NCBI RefSeq assembly: GCF_009914755.1
Contig: NC_060934.1
DNA: 64,000 bases
DNA from: the human T2T-CHM13v2.0 reference genome, Homo sapiens
Strand: one strand, 5' to 3'
In this document: positions 37,080 to 52,100 of the stretch, piece after piece
Layout of the letters: each line of letters starts with the position of its first letter
Numbering within the stretch: the first letter of the stretch is position 1
Translations under genes and position numbers: made by a program
The notes under the pieces: model-generated
What the model was told of the DNA's origin: nothing
The model's database searches: none
The model's input: the letters and a program-made list of their open reading frames with translations, nothing else

Positions 37080-39720
37080 ACTTTAATGTTTAAATAATAT
37101 TACTTTTCTCAATTGTACAATAATTATTAAACCATTCTTCCAATGTTGGATATTCAGTTTGTTTAAATTTTTCATTATTATGGTGGGCCAGGTAATGAGC
37201 ACACTAACATAAAATTACTTGTACATTTATCTGATAATGTCCTTAGAAAACATGCTTAAAATAGAAATTAATGTGTAGGGGCAGATGCTAACATATTTGT
37301 TTCCAGAAATATTGTTATCAGTTACACTCCCACCAGACAAAGTGTCCAGTTCAGCCTGCCCTTGTCAATACCGAATACTATATATTTTTAATATTTTCAA
37401 ATTTTGAGAAGTGAAAATATTGTCTGACTCTAATATATCTTTTATAATTACTAGAGAGTTTGAACTTTTTCTACATAGTTCTTGACTATATGTATTTCAC
37501 ATTAGATAAATGTTAACATATCATCGTCCCACATTTCTATAGTTGGTAGCTATTCCTGTTATGAGATTTTTATATATTGAATATTTCAAGACTTTGTCAT
37601 AATTTTAACAAAAAAAATGCCAGGCTTTGATTATTATTTCATTTTCCAGTGATTTCTAATAAACAGAAGATAGTTAGTTTTTGTTTTTGTTTTATTATTC
37701 ACTTATGTTTACCTTCATGTTAAGTTTATTCCTTTAAGAGTTCTCTTCTGTTTGTGAGTTTTCAGTAGCCTAGTTAGTATATGGTCAATTGTTTACAACT
37801 GATCTGTATATGTTTGAAATAAGTCATATTCTTTTATGAAAAGTGCAATGTAGTTATTCATTTTACTCTTTATAGCTATTTACTTGATCATACACAGAGA
37901 GCTGATAATTCACTACACTTGTACACATGTCACATTATCCTTCTACTTGCTTTATATGATGGTGTGATGTTTGATACATACAAATTAAGAACTGCTTATA
38001 CTTTGTCATAAATTATAACTGTGATCATTGTGAAAATATGCATATTTTCCCATTTAAAGTCTCTTCAGTTTTTTCTGTGTTGATTTAATTTGTAAATCTT
38101 TATTTATCTTTTCTTTTACTATTTCAATATTGTAGAATTCAAAGTAACAAACCTTGATTATTGCTTTAATCACATTATAGAATTTGAGTTTTTAATGGGT
38201 GAGAGGGTTAATCCCTTGATATCTGTTATAGTAACAGATAAGTACATTCCTATTTTCACGATTTTGTTTTATGCACTATGCTAAGTTGTTTTTGCCATTT
38301 CTATCATGCTTTGTCTTTTGTTTGATAGACTTTTGCTTTTACATTCCATAGTGTTGGAATGTAGAAATCATGTTTTTAACTCATTAATATTAAGAATTGT
38401 ATAAATACATAATTAAGCTTGCATTTGGTAATAAAGAACAAATAACAACTTCCAAATTTTTATAGGCATAACAAGAATTTTTGTGCACACATTTAATCTT
38501 TCATTCCATCCATTTCCACAAGTGGATAATTTTCTCCTGAATGATGTAGTGAGCTGACATTCAGCCCTCAGGCTCCTCTAATCTGGAATGATCTAATCAT
38601 TCAATTTCCATGACTTATACTGGCTGTAAATACCATTGGCTATAGACGTAGATTATCAGTATACAATCATTATATTTAGAATAAAAATCATCTTGTTAAA
38701 CAATAGTTTGGGCTTTTATAATGTAGATTTGTAACCATGCTTTCAAAAAAAATCCCTTATACCCTTATACATAGAACATATAATTTATGTTGTTCTTTTA
38801 TGTTGTCCTTCAGCCCTCTCACGCAAAAACTCAAGACTGGAAAAGTTGGATTACACCTTTAAATCGCTTGTTTGTTTTAGGACAGTTTAATAGCAGTTAG
38901 CTATCTTCTAAGATGAAGGAGAATATCTTATTGTTGTCTTTTGACATGAGGAACAACTTGACTTGGCAAGGAATTCTTTTCTTTTTGTGTTTAAAGTACA
39001 AAATATTTGAGAAGACAAGTGTTTAAGAGAAAAATAAGCCTGATTATAGTTCACTTTACAAAACTGATTTATTTTGCCATTATGTGTTTCTTCTTTCCTC
39101 TTAAAATAAAAAGCCTTGACAGAACCTGACTAGTAGTTGGTCTCTTTCATTAATTTTATCCACTGCTCAATAAATTCACTCGAATTATAGAGTCAAACTG
39201 TCTTTCAGTTCAAGGACAACTTCTATGTTACCATTGATAATTGTTTCTATTCAGAGAATTCAGGTTTATTCTTTTAGAACAACTGAAAGCTTAGGTTGGA
39301 TCTTCAATACCTGTCCTCCTTACCTATCATTCTCTTTATCTTTTTGTCTTTTCCTCTTCATTCTGGGACAGATTTATTTTAGTTTGTAATTTATATTACT
39401 GAATTTATTTTGTACTATGTCAATTCAGCACTCTAAGGATTTTATATCTACTTATTTTCTACTGTTGCATTTTGGGTTATCTTGAACTACTTTTTATTTA
39501 ACCAAGTTTCCTTTACATCTACACCTTAACATTAGCCTTTTATCACATTATGATTTCCTGTATTTCTATTAAAGACCAGTCTCTTGAAACTTTTTGAAAA
39601 CACTAAGATATGTTTCTAATAATTCTTTCTTTGTTGTGAAAAAGAAATGTCACTTTTAGAGATACTGTCTTTCTTTGAATCTGTAGGGTCATAGCCTTCT
39701 TAAAGTATATTCAATATATT
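37080..39720 (-). mobile_element. Highly degraded old L1 (L1ME-like) fragments
   Basis: T-rich strand; TTACACTCCCACCAG and other reverse L1 motifs; boundaries uncertain. Confidence 0.5.
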
Positions 39721-39804
39721 TTTAGAGCCTATCATGATTTTTTCCATTTTATTGATGTATCATGTACATATAACAAAATTCATTCATTTTAAATGTGCAA
39801 TATG

Positions 39805-40790
39805 GCAGCAAAAGAAATTCTCAACAGAGTGAAACAGACAACCTACAGAATGGGAGAAAATATTTGCAAACTATGTGTTCAACAAAGGGCTAATATCCAG
39901 AATCTTTATAGAACTTAACTAAATCAACAAGAGAAAAACAAATAACCCCATTAAAAAGTGAACAAAGTACATGAACATACACTTCTCAAAAGAAGACATA
40001 TAAACGGCCAACAAAGATATGAAATCAATCCTCAACACTGCTAATCATCAGAGAGATACAAATCAAAATCACAGTGAGATACTATCTCACACCAGTCAGA
40101 ATGGTTATTATCAAAAAGGAAAAAAAACAGCAAATGCTAGCAAGGCTGTGGAGAAAAGGAAACACACACTGTTGGTGGGAATGTAAAATATTTCAGCCTC
40201 CGTGGAAAGCCTTTTGGAGACTTCTCAAAGAACTTAGAAATAACATTTGACCCAGCAATCCCATTACTATGTCCAAAAGAAAATAAAATGTTCTTCCAAA
40301 AAGACCCGTGTGCTCACATATTCATCACAGCACTGTCCCCAGTAGCAAAGACATGGAATCAACCTAAGTATCCATCAGTAGTGGATGGATTTTAAAAATG
40401 TGGTACACATACACCGTGGAATACTATGCAGCTGTAAAAAAGAATGAAATCATGTCCTTTACAGCTATATGGATGCAGCTGGAGAACATTATCCTAAGCA
40501 AACTAATGCAGAAATAGAAAACCAAATACCACATTTCCTCATGTATAAGCGTGAGCTAAATCTTGGGTTCACATGGACGTAAAGATAGAAACAGTAAACA
40601 CTGGGGACTCCTAAAGGAGGGAGGGAGAGAGGGGATAAAGGGCTGAGAAGCTTCCTATTGGGCACTGTGTTCGCTATCTGGGTGACAGGATCAATAAAAG
40701 CCCAAACCTCAACACCACACAATATACTCTTGTAACAAACCTGCACATGTACCCCCCTGAGTCTAAAAATGGAGATTAAAAAACAAATAA
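39805..40790 (+). mobile_element. 5'-truncated primate L1 3' end (L1PA15-17/L1PB-like)
   Basis: ACAACCTACAGAATGGGAGAAAATATTTGCAAAC...GTAACAAACCTGCACATGTACCCCC; 14-bp TSD AAATGTGCAATATG / AAATATGCAATATG. Confidence 0.9.
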
Positions 40791-42892
40791 AAATATGCAA
40801 TATGATAAATTTCGGTCATTGTACACAAGCGTCTTCCACCACAATCGAGATATAAAACATTTGTACCATCCTACAATGTTTTCTCCTGCTCCTTATTTTC
40901 TACCGCTTTTGCCAACCTTTGCCCCCAGGAAACCACTGGTTTGATTTCTGTGCGTATAGTTTTGCCTTTTCTGGAACTTCATGTAATTGGAATAACACAG
41001 TATATGGTTTTTGTATGTGTTTGACTTGTAACACTCAGCATAATGTTTTGGGGAGCTGTTCCATTTTCTTTTGTGCATTAATATTATATGTCTTCTTATT
41101 GTTGAGTAGTAGTCTGTAATTCTACATTTTCTTTATCCATTCACAAGCTGATAAATCGTTGAGTTTCAAATTTTAAGCTATTATGAATTATACTGCTATG
41201 AACATTCACACACACACACACATCTTTGTATAGCTATGTTTTCATTTCTGTTCAGTAGATACCTAAGAGTGGGGTTTCTGTGTCATAGGGTAAGTGTACT
41301 TTTAGCTTTATAGAATACCTACTGCCATACTATTATCTGAAGTGGCTGTATTTTTGCAATACTACCAGCTAAGTATGAAAGTTCCAATTGCCCCACATCC
41401 TTGCCAACATTTGGTATGACAGTCTTTTAAATTTTAGCTATTATAGTAGGTTCATAGTGGTATCTCATTGTAATTTTAATATGTGTTTCCCTAAGACTAG
41501 GGAAGCTGACCATCTTTTCAAGTATTAATTAGCCATTGGTATATCTTCTTTTCTACAGTTTCTGTTGGTCTTTTAATCATTGAGTAGGAGAGTTCTTTCT
41601 ATATTCCTGATAAATAGCCAAAAATTGTTTTGTGACTATTTTCTCATAGTCTATAGCTTGCCTTTTCATTTTCTTAATTGTGTCTTTCAAAGAGGGAAAG
41701 TAATTTTGATAAAGTCAATTACAACATTTTTATGCCTTTATGTTTTTGTGAGTTTTCTAAAAAGCGTTAACTCAAAGTCACAAAGATTTTCTCCTATTGT
41801 TTGTTCTACAGGCTTTGAAGTTTGGCTCTTATATTTAGGTCTATGATCTATTTCAAGATAGTATTTTGAATGTTGTAAGGTAAGGGTCAAGTTTTGTTTT
41901 CTCTATGTAGATATTTAGCTATTCCTAAACCTTTCTTGCATAGGTATCTTTTCTTCACTACATTACCTTAACATTTTAATGCAAATCAATAAGCTATATA
42001 ATTGTGGTTTTTTTTTCTGGTCTCTCTATTATGTCCCATTGATTAATATGTCTATTTTTACCCCACTGCCACACTCCTGTGATTACTGTACCTTTAGGGT
42101 AAATCTTCATATCAGGTAGATAAATCCTCCAATCTATTTCTTGTTTTCCAACACTGTTTAACCTATTCTAGGTTATTTGGTTCTCCAGTAAAATTTTAAA
42201 ATACGTTTATCAATTTCTACAAAAGAGGCTGCTAGACTTTTAATGAAAATTGCATTGAATTACAGATCAATTAGGACTGAATTCCCATTTAAATCATACT
42301 GACTCTTCCAGTCCATAAACATGCTATACCATTCCCTTTATTTACACTTTCTTTACATTTATTTTATATTTGGAAGTAAGTCTTGAATTTTTTTTATTAA
42401 ATTTGTTCCTAAGTATATTATTGGATGTTATTGTAGATTGAACTTTTTAAATTTTATATTTGAATTGTTCATCACTTGTATAAATACAATTGAATTTTGT
42501 GTCTTCAATTTTGATAAACTCACTTTTTTCATTCCAATCACTATTTATAAATATCGTAGGGTTTTCAATGTACATATACATGCAGTCTGCAAATAAAGAC
42601 AGTTTCACTTTTTTCTTTCCAGTGCTATCCATTTTATTTCCTTTTTTTCCTTCTTGCTCTGGCTAGAACTTCCAGGATCATGTTGAATAGGAGGAGCAGC
42701 GACAACAGACTTCCTTGTCTTATTCTTGACTTTAGGTAGAAAGCAGTGAATCTTTATCATTGCATACAGTGTTACCTGTAGTTTATTTATACATGGGCTT
42801 ACTCAGGCTGAGAAAATTTTCTTCTACTGCTGGTTTGCTGAGGGCTTTTATCTAACTGGATATTATTTTTTGCGTTTACTGAAATACGTTAA

Positions 42893-43229
<337 letters not shown>

Positions 43230-43999
43230 TAAACCAATCTTGAATTATCAGGATGTACACAACTTGCTCATGATGTGTTATTATCCTTACATTTTTTGTT
43301 GATTCACTAAAATATTCTGAGGCTTTTAAAATGTATATTGATAAAAGATATTGATATAAATTTATTTTTATAATGTCTTCTTTTGGTTTTGATAAAAAGG
43401 GGAATACTGGCCTCATGAAATGATTTGGAAGTATTCCCTCTTCTATGGATTTTCTGAAAGGGCATTTTTCAGTATTCAGTACTATTTCTTCTAAAAATGT
43501 TTTATAGAATTAACCAATGAAATTGTATGAGTCTGAAGTTTTTTGTAGCAATGTTTTTAACTATTACTTCAACTTACTTACTTCATTGATATAGGCTCTT
43601 GAAATTTCCTGTTTCTTCTTGGGTGAGTTTTGGTAATATGCCTTTCAAGGAATTTTTTCATTTCCTCAAGGTTGTAAAATTTATTTACATAATTTTATTC
43701 ACAGTATTTCCTTTAAATGTTTATGGAATCTGTGGGGATATCTCTGCTTTCATTATTAATATTGTTAATTTGGGCCTTCTTTTATATTCTCATTTTAGTC
43801 TAGCTAAAAATATATCAATTTTATTGATATTTTTATATTTTATAGAAGTATTCAAATATTTGGAGTTTTTAAAATTATCTTATTGTTAAAACCATGTGGT
43901 TAGGGAACATCTTCTGTTTTGGTTTTATTTTATAAAATTTATAAAGTCTTCCTCATGAACAGTGTACAGTATATCCTGGTACACTTACCATATGGAACT

Positions 44000-44425
44000 T
44001 GTGTTAGGGTTCTCCGGAGAAACAGAACCAATAGAATATGTATGCATATGGTATATACAAAGAGTTATTTTAAGGAATTGGCGCACATGATTGTGGAGGT
44101 CCAATAGGCCTAAAATCCACAAGGTAGGCCAACAGGGAAGAGTTGCAGTACGTAGGCCCAGGGAAGAGTTGCAGTTTGAGTCCAAAGACAGTCTGCTCTC
44201 AGAATTCCTTCCTACTCAGGGGAGGGCAGTTTTTGTTTATTAAAAGCTTCAACTGATTAGATAGGGCTCAACCACATGGAAGTAATCTACTTTACCCAAA
44301 GTCCACTGATGCACATGTTAATCTTATCCAAAAATACATCTTCCCAGAAACATCTAGAAGAAGATTTGACCAAGTATCTGAGCACCATGGCCCAGATACG
44401 TTGATCTATTAAATTTACCATCACA
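44000..44425 (-). mobile_element. MLT2 (C/D-like) LTR
   Basis: TGTGTTAGGGTTCTCCGGAGAAACAGAACCAATAG...TAAGGAATTGGCGCACATGATTGTGGAGG...AAATTTACCATCACA. Confidence 0.88.
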
Positions 44426-46347
44426 GACCGGTTAAGAATATGTACTCTGCCATTTGGGGGTATCATGTTTTATAAATAATTAAGTCAAGGTTTTTCATAG
44501 TTTAGCTCTTTTCATGACTTTACTGATTATTTTAGTAGTTTCATTGCTATTTATTTTATTTTAGTAGTTTCTTTTAGTAGTTTCACATATGAGTGTGAAA
44601 GTTTTGTCTCATATATTTTGAAGCTATTATTAGTTGCCTGCAAGTTTATAATTATTATGTCTTCCTGAAGAACTGACCCATTATCATTATATATTTTTCC
44701 TCTTTCTCTCTAGCAATATTTTCATGTTGAAATCTATTTTATCTAATATAAATATAGCCATTCCAGTCTTTAAATGCTTATTGCTTTCATGATGTATCTT
44801 TTCCTATTCATTTATTTTAAATTTACCTGTAATTCATATGTAAAATCAATCATTTCTAGACCACATATAGTGAAGTATTGGTTTTTTATCTACTCTGATG
44901 ATCTCTGCCTCTTAAGTGGAGTGTTTAATATATTAATGTTTGTCATAATTATTGATATATTTGAGTGTAGATCTATCATCTTATTTTTTGTTTTCTATTT
45001 ATCTCCTCTGTTTCTGGTTTCTCTTTCCTCCTTCCCTATCCTTTTAATTTGGGCTATTTAAATATTTTTTATAATTCCATTTTACTTTTCTTGTTAGCTT
45101 TTCAGTTTTTTTTTTTTGCATTAACATTTAGTATTTCTTCTAGGGATTATAATTTACTACATTAATATTTTGTAGTCTATTTACAGTTAATACATTATTC
45201 CTCTACATAAAATATTTTTTATGTGTAATGTATATTCTATTCTTTAGGCTAGATTGTCGTGTGTGTGGCATGTGGATATATTATAAATGCCACAAGAGTT
45301 TATCTATATAATTTTTATGTTAAGCAGTTACATTCATTTTAAAGAATCTCAGAGGAAAACACCTTAAAATAAATTAGTCTTTTGGATTTTCTCAGTAGCT
45401 ATTATTTATAATACTCTTCTTTTCTTTCTGGGGATCCAGTTTTCATCTTGTATAATTTTCCCTCACACTGAAAATCTTCCTTTAGTATATCTTGTAGTGT
45501 GGATCTACTAGGAACAAATACTCTTAGTTTTCTTTTCCTGAAAATATCTTTATGTTGACTTCAATATTGAACAATATAATCATTGGACGTAGCATTCTGG
45601 GTTGACAACTTACTATATTATTTCAGCATTTTAAACATATTGTTATGTTCTCTTCTGGCTTCCATGGTTTCTGAGGTAAAGTTAGCCATTAATTAAATTA
45701 TCTGTTCCCTACATGGCATATGTTTTTTATTTCCCCTGTTTCTGCTCTCAGGATCTGCTCTTTAACTTTGTCTTGTGAATCATTTATTGTGATATGTCTG
45801 AGTGTGGGATTATTTGTTTTCATTCTCATTGGTATTTCCTGATAATTGTGTATCTGCAAATGTCTTTCATCAAATTTGACTATTTCATATCTACTACTGT
45901 ATCAAAAATTGTTCTACCCTATTCGCTATCTCTCTGTGACTCAAATTACCTAATACAGTTAATTGGTCATTTAATATTACCTCATAGATCTTTGAGGTAA
46001 TATTATTTATCTTTTAAACTTTCTTCTCTCTGTTCTTCACATTTGGTTACTTCCACTGAGTAAGTTCCAAAGTTACTTACTCTTTCTTCTACTACATTTA
46101 TTTGGCTGTTAGGTTCATTTGTGAATTTTTTATTTCCAATACTGAATTTTTCAGTTCTAGAATGTCTATTTGGTTCTTTTTACTACTTCTATTTCTCTTC
46201 CAAGATTCTAATTTTTTCATTCATGATGAGCATATTATTTTGTTTTGCTTTGGCCACTATAGATATAACAGTCACTTTAAAACCTTGAAAGTAGTTCTAG
46301 CATCTGGAGCACCTCAAGAGTGTTCTTTATATATTTATTTTCTTGAG

Positions 46348-46575
46348 TAGGAGTTGGCAAGCTTTTTCTATGAAGGACCAGACAGTAAATATTTTAGACT
46401 TTGTAGGACAGATATGGTTGCTGTCATATACTCTTTTTGGTTGGTGGTGCCTTGTTTTGTTTTGTTTTCTTTTACTATGCTGTAAAAGTTAAGGGAAAAA
46501 AGCCTTATATGAGAAGTCATACAAAAACAGTCTGTGGGATAAATTTGGCCAGAGATCAGAGTTCGCCAACACCTG
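46348..46575. mobile_element. MER58 (C-like) hAT-Charlie MITE
   Basis: TIRs TAGGAGTTGGCAAGCT...AGTTCGCCAACACCTG; internal CCAGACAGTAAATATTTTAGACTTTG; partial 8-bp TSD (TTCTTGAG / CTATTGAG). Confidence 0.75.
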
Positions 46576-47654
46576 CTATTGAGAATGTGTTTCTTTCTTC
46601 TGGTTCTTATGTTGGGTATTTGGATTGTATCCTGGGCTTTGTGAATGTTTAGTTGTGGAGATTCTGGATTCCTTTATTTTTCCCTGATGAGTGCTGTTTC
46701 TTTGTTTTAGTAAGCAATAATCTTGAACTGCAAACTCTGTTTCTTGTACAACAGCTCCAGTCTTAGTTCAGATCATTTGTCTTCCCCTGAGCCACTTTGA
46801 GTCTATTAGACAGGATTTGGGAAACACCTAACTGAATTTTTGAATCTCCAAGATTCTCCTGCTCTCTTCAGTGGCCAGATTCTGTGGCTTAAGTTTTTTC
46901 ATCCACCAGGCTAAAATACGACAATTTTTTTTTCTCTGTCAACCCTACCCCTACAGCTTCTGAGTCTTGCCAGATGTATTCGGCCCCAAGCTAAAAACCA
47001 TGAAAACAGGAACTTGCTTCACGTAACTCACCTTCTCCTAGAGTATACTCCCTACCAACTGGTCTACCTATGTTCACTGTCTGGGGCCTCAGGCAGCTTT
47101 TATTTGAATTATATACATTCCTTATAGTTATTTTCTGTGAGGGATTCACTCCAGTAGGCTTTTTAAAGATCGTAATGATCTTTTAAAGATCTTTTACCAC
47201 CAGCAGATATCCACCTATTCTCCCCATCATGACTACTTTTTCCATTAACTTTTGAATGGGGAGAGATCTATCTAGAGCTGGCATTTGCTAAATAGTTAAC
47301 CTAATGTTCCCAGACATTGCTCACTATTTATTTAGGTTTTGGAAGCATTTTCCTCTCATCTCCAGTTAAAGAATATGTTGAAGCACGCAGCCCCTGGCTC
47401 AATTTCAATGCTACTACCCATTGATCCAAGGTCTCCTGCTTCAAATATCAGGTTTAGTATTCATGCTAATGCATCAGCTAGTGTGTACATATTGTAGTCA
47501 TTAAAATGCTGCTGCTTCCTGCAGCATTTTATGGTTTTGTTCTTGTTCATATTTTCCCATTTACTATAAAACCACAATGCAATGTTGTTTTAAAACCCTT
47601 ACATTTATTGCCATATTGGATCCTAAAAATTTTGATTCCTGATAGATACAGTTA

Positions 47655-48211
<557 letters not shown>

Positions 48212-48429
48212 TCAAATGATCTTCACACATTCTTTGAAGTAATGTCTCCTGTTCTTTAGAAAATAAAGTATGTAACATGTAACCAAAACTTAGACTTCAT
48301 AATCAAGGTCTCATAAGTAAAACTTCTACCCACATGTTAACAGGTTGCATTTCTTGCTTCAGTTTAGAGAGCAGTGACTGATACTTGTCTTTTGTGAATT
48401 GTCACTGATTTCTTTTTTTTTTTTTTTTA

Positions 48430-48960
48430 CTTTGAGTAAGATAGAAGACTTTGAAGATAAGACTTATATAATGGCTTCCATTTTTAAAAGGCTTGCTCTG
48501 GTTGCTAGGTGGAAAACAGTTTAAAGCAGAACAAGGATAAGTTAAGCTGGAGTCCAGACAAGCAATGATGGTGGCTCACACAAGAGTGGTATGAATAGAA
48601 GTGGTGAGTAGTTGGATTACAAACATATTTTGAAGGTAGAGTCGATAAGGTTTCCTGACTTTTATGTAGGTATGAGAGAAAGAGAAGAGTCAAGATTACT
48701 ACGATGAATTTACACTGAGCAAGAAGATGGATGAACTGCTTTAACTGAGATAGAAAAGGAAGAAAATGCAGAAACTTGTGGGTGGGATTGGGAGATTAAA
48801 AAATCTGTTTTAAATATGCCAGTAGAGTTGTCAAGTAGGGATTTGGATATACAGGTCTGGAATTCAAAAGGGAGGTCTGGATTTGAGATGGAAATCTGGG
48901 AGTTGTCAGGATATAGAAGATAAAGTCATGAAAATAAAAGTATAATTTCATAGAGCATCC
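48430..48960 (-). mobile_element. L2 fragment
   Basis: GGATATACAGGTCTGGAATTCAAAAGGGAGGTCTGG...GGAAATCTGGGAGTTGTCAG is reverse L2. Confidence 0.75.
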
Positions 48961-50147
48961 CAGAAATATTTTAAAACCAGAAGTTCTTGTTTTCCCCATT
49001 TCCTACTCCAAACCAATTCAAAAGTGTCCTGTGGAGAGATGCTGCTGGCTTACAGATTCTCTGGGCCTGGGCACTGGCACCCAGCTTGGATGCACCTGCT
49101 GAGGCTTACTAGTTGGCAGGTGCACATCACCAGCCATCAGGAAGTCATGGAGATGACAGTTTTGGCTCTGAGTAGCTGAAGCAATTATACACACCCTAGT
49201 CCTGGCAGCTCCTCCAGTATGAAGGCAGGCAGGCTGCCAGACTTGTACCTTTATGGTGTGAATACATAACCATGTCTCACCTAATGAGGAGGCTGCACTC
49301 CAATAACATTCTTGCTTGTCAAAAATTTATAAATATATATATATATATACTGAAAGCTGATAGACTCCCTTCAAATATGTTTGATAAAGAAGTCACATGC
49401 CCCACAAATAACTAAATATTAATTATTAAAGATTAAATATTTCTTCCAAAATAAAACAGGTATCTGACTACATAGGAAAACAAGAGAGGAAGGCAAAGAT
49501 TGTTTAAATCTAGGAAAGATTGGAAAAGGTCTATGTTCAGGCAGAAAGAAAAATAATGTTGGTATCACCTACATAGGCTTGCTGAAATCAGAGAACTAAG
49601 GTGTACATTGCGAAAAGGGAGTAAGCCAAAAGCAAGTGGAACTAAAGTTGGAAGCACTCACTAACTCCCTGGGTTGCACTAGAATGGGCAGCGCAAAGTC
49701 CAATATCCAGTGTTCAAAGAATTGCATAAAGCCTGGGCTTCAGCCTAACATCTATTGGCTGTGTCTTAAAATGGCATCTGGCAAGGAGCCTCTGAACCAG
49801 CGTTCCCCAATGTCCCATCCGAACTTCTACGAAGAAGCTCAGAAAAACATGAAAATTCCATAATGCACTGAGAACAAGTTGGAAGAGTCAACACATTGCC
49901 AGAAGATGAGAGTAATGTTTACTAAATATAAAAGTGAGAGGACTAGACTCAAAAATGTACCCTGTGGCCTACCTGTTTATGTTTGGTGTTGGTACAATGA
50001 CCTCTCCACCCCCGGCTGCCCATGACTTAGAAGGTAAAGGCAATAGAACAGGAAAACAGGGTAGTTTTCTGACTGCAAGTTTTCTACTTTTTGAAGCAGC
50101 CTTCTCCTTCATCTCCTCTCATCAAGGATGAAGAAAATAAATCTATA

Positions 50148-50761
<614 letters not shown>

Positions 50762-50878
50762 CTATTGTATTAACTGCTCATTGTCCTGCTTCTCTACCTA
50801 GCTGTGTGTGCCTGGAGGGCAGGTACGGTTTGATATTTTAGGGTTTCCTTGCACTAGCACAGGGCCTGATATGTAATA

Positions 50879-50960
50879 TTAAGCTGAACCATACAGAAGT
50901 GCTGGTTTCAATTATTGCCCTAGAAAAGTAAAAGTAGCTATTTCATATAATTCAATCTGA
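50879..50960. mobile_element. Degraded MADE2-like MITE inside an L2 3' end
   Basis: TTAAGCTGAACCATACAGAAGTGC...GCTATTTCATATAATTCAATCTGA resembles the MADE2 TIR TTAGGTTGAACCATATGAAATTGC; about 80 bp. Confidence 0.55.
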
Positions 50961-51778
50961 TCTGACTCAATGAATATATATTTAATCAATGATGAATAAA
51001 TTAGAAACTTATTCTCCACAGAATAACAAGAACAAACTCGCCCCTGGAACTCTAATGATCAAAAGACCAAGTGACAATATTTGTAGAATTTTGAGTGAAA
51101 GTATTTAAAGTCTGAAATGTATACTCATATAAACTGTCTCTGATATTAAAGGTCTCAGGAGTCATACCATATAACCTTCATGGAAAAAAAAAAAGATTGT
51201 AAAGACATATCCCAAATGGCCGAGATACTCCAAATGGTACTGGGATATTAATGTTATGTGAAATTCCTGGTAGGGTCTCTCCAAGGAATATAAAAATCCA
51301 TAATAGTGATTAATCACAAAAGTCTTACCAAGGATTAGTACCTCTGAAAACCACACTAAGCTTCAACTGGCATCTCTAATGACCTCCAAGAAAGGAGAGG
51401 ACTGGGGCTATCATTCATAATAGCATCTGGATGAAGCTGAAAAGTAAACAACTATCAGGCTTGGGGCAGGTAGAGACCTGGAGAGCTGACCCACCTGCAG
51501 GCGTTGAGCACAGACATTAAGAGTGGGAATAATTCTTACACTCATTCGCCATTGGTTCAAGCAAAAAGTTGGCCAGGAAGGTTGGTGGAAAGGAGATCAC
51601 AAGATACAGAGGAGGCACCTCAAAAGTCAGATAGAGCCCAGGAATTCAGGCCGAATGATAGCCCCAGAGAGGCGCTGAGCTGACGTTTAGGGGCCAGCCT
51701 CTAGTTCCTGGGAGTAGAGAGTCATTCCCAGACTAAGGCAGATTAGAATAGGAGCTTCACGACTAAGGAAGAAATGTC

Positions 51779-52100
51779 TATTTTTTAAATACTTTTCTTT
51801 TTTCTTTTTTTGAGACTGAGTCTCACTCGGTCGCCCAGGCTGGAGTATAGTGGTGCGATCTCAGCTCACTGCAACCTTGCCTCCCAGGTTCAAGTGATTC
51901 TCCTGCCTCAGCCTCCCAGGTTGCTGGGATTCCAGGTGCCTACCACCATGCAAGGCTCTCTTTTTTTTTTTTGTATTTTTAGTACAGGCAGAGTTTCACC
52001 GTGTTGACCAAGCCAGTCTCGAACTCTTGGCCTCAGGTGATCTGCCTGCCTTGGCCTCCCAAAGTGCTGGAATTATGGGTGTGAGCCACCACTCCCAGCC
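51779..52100 (-). mobile_element. AluS
   Basis: Full dimer; TSD AAGGAAGAAATGTC / AAGGAAGAAATTTC. Confidence 0.93.
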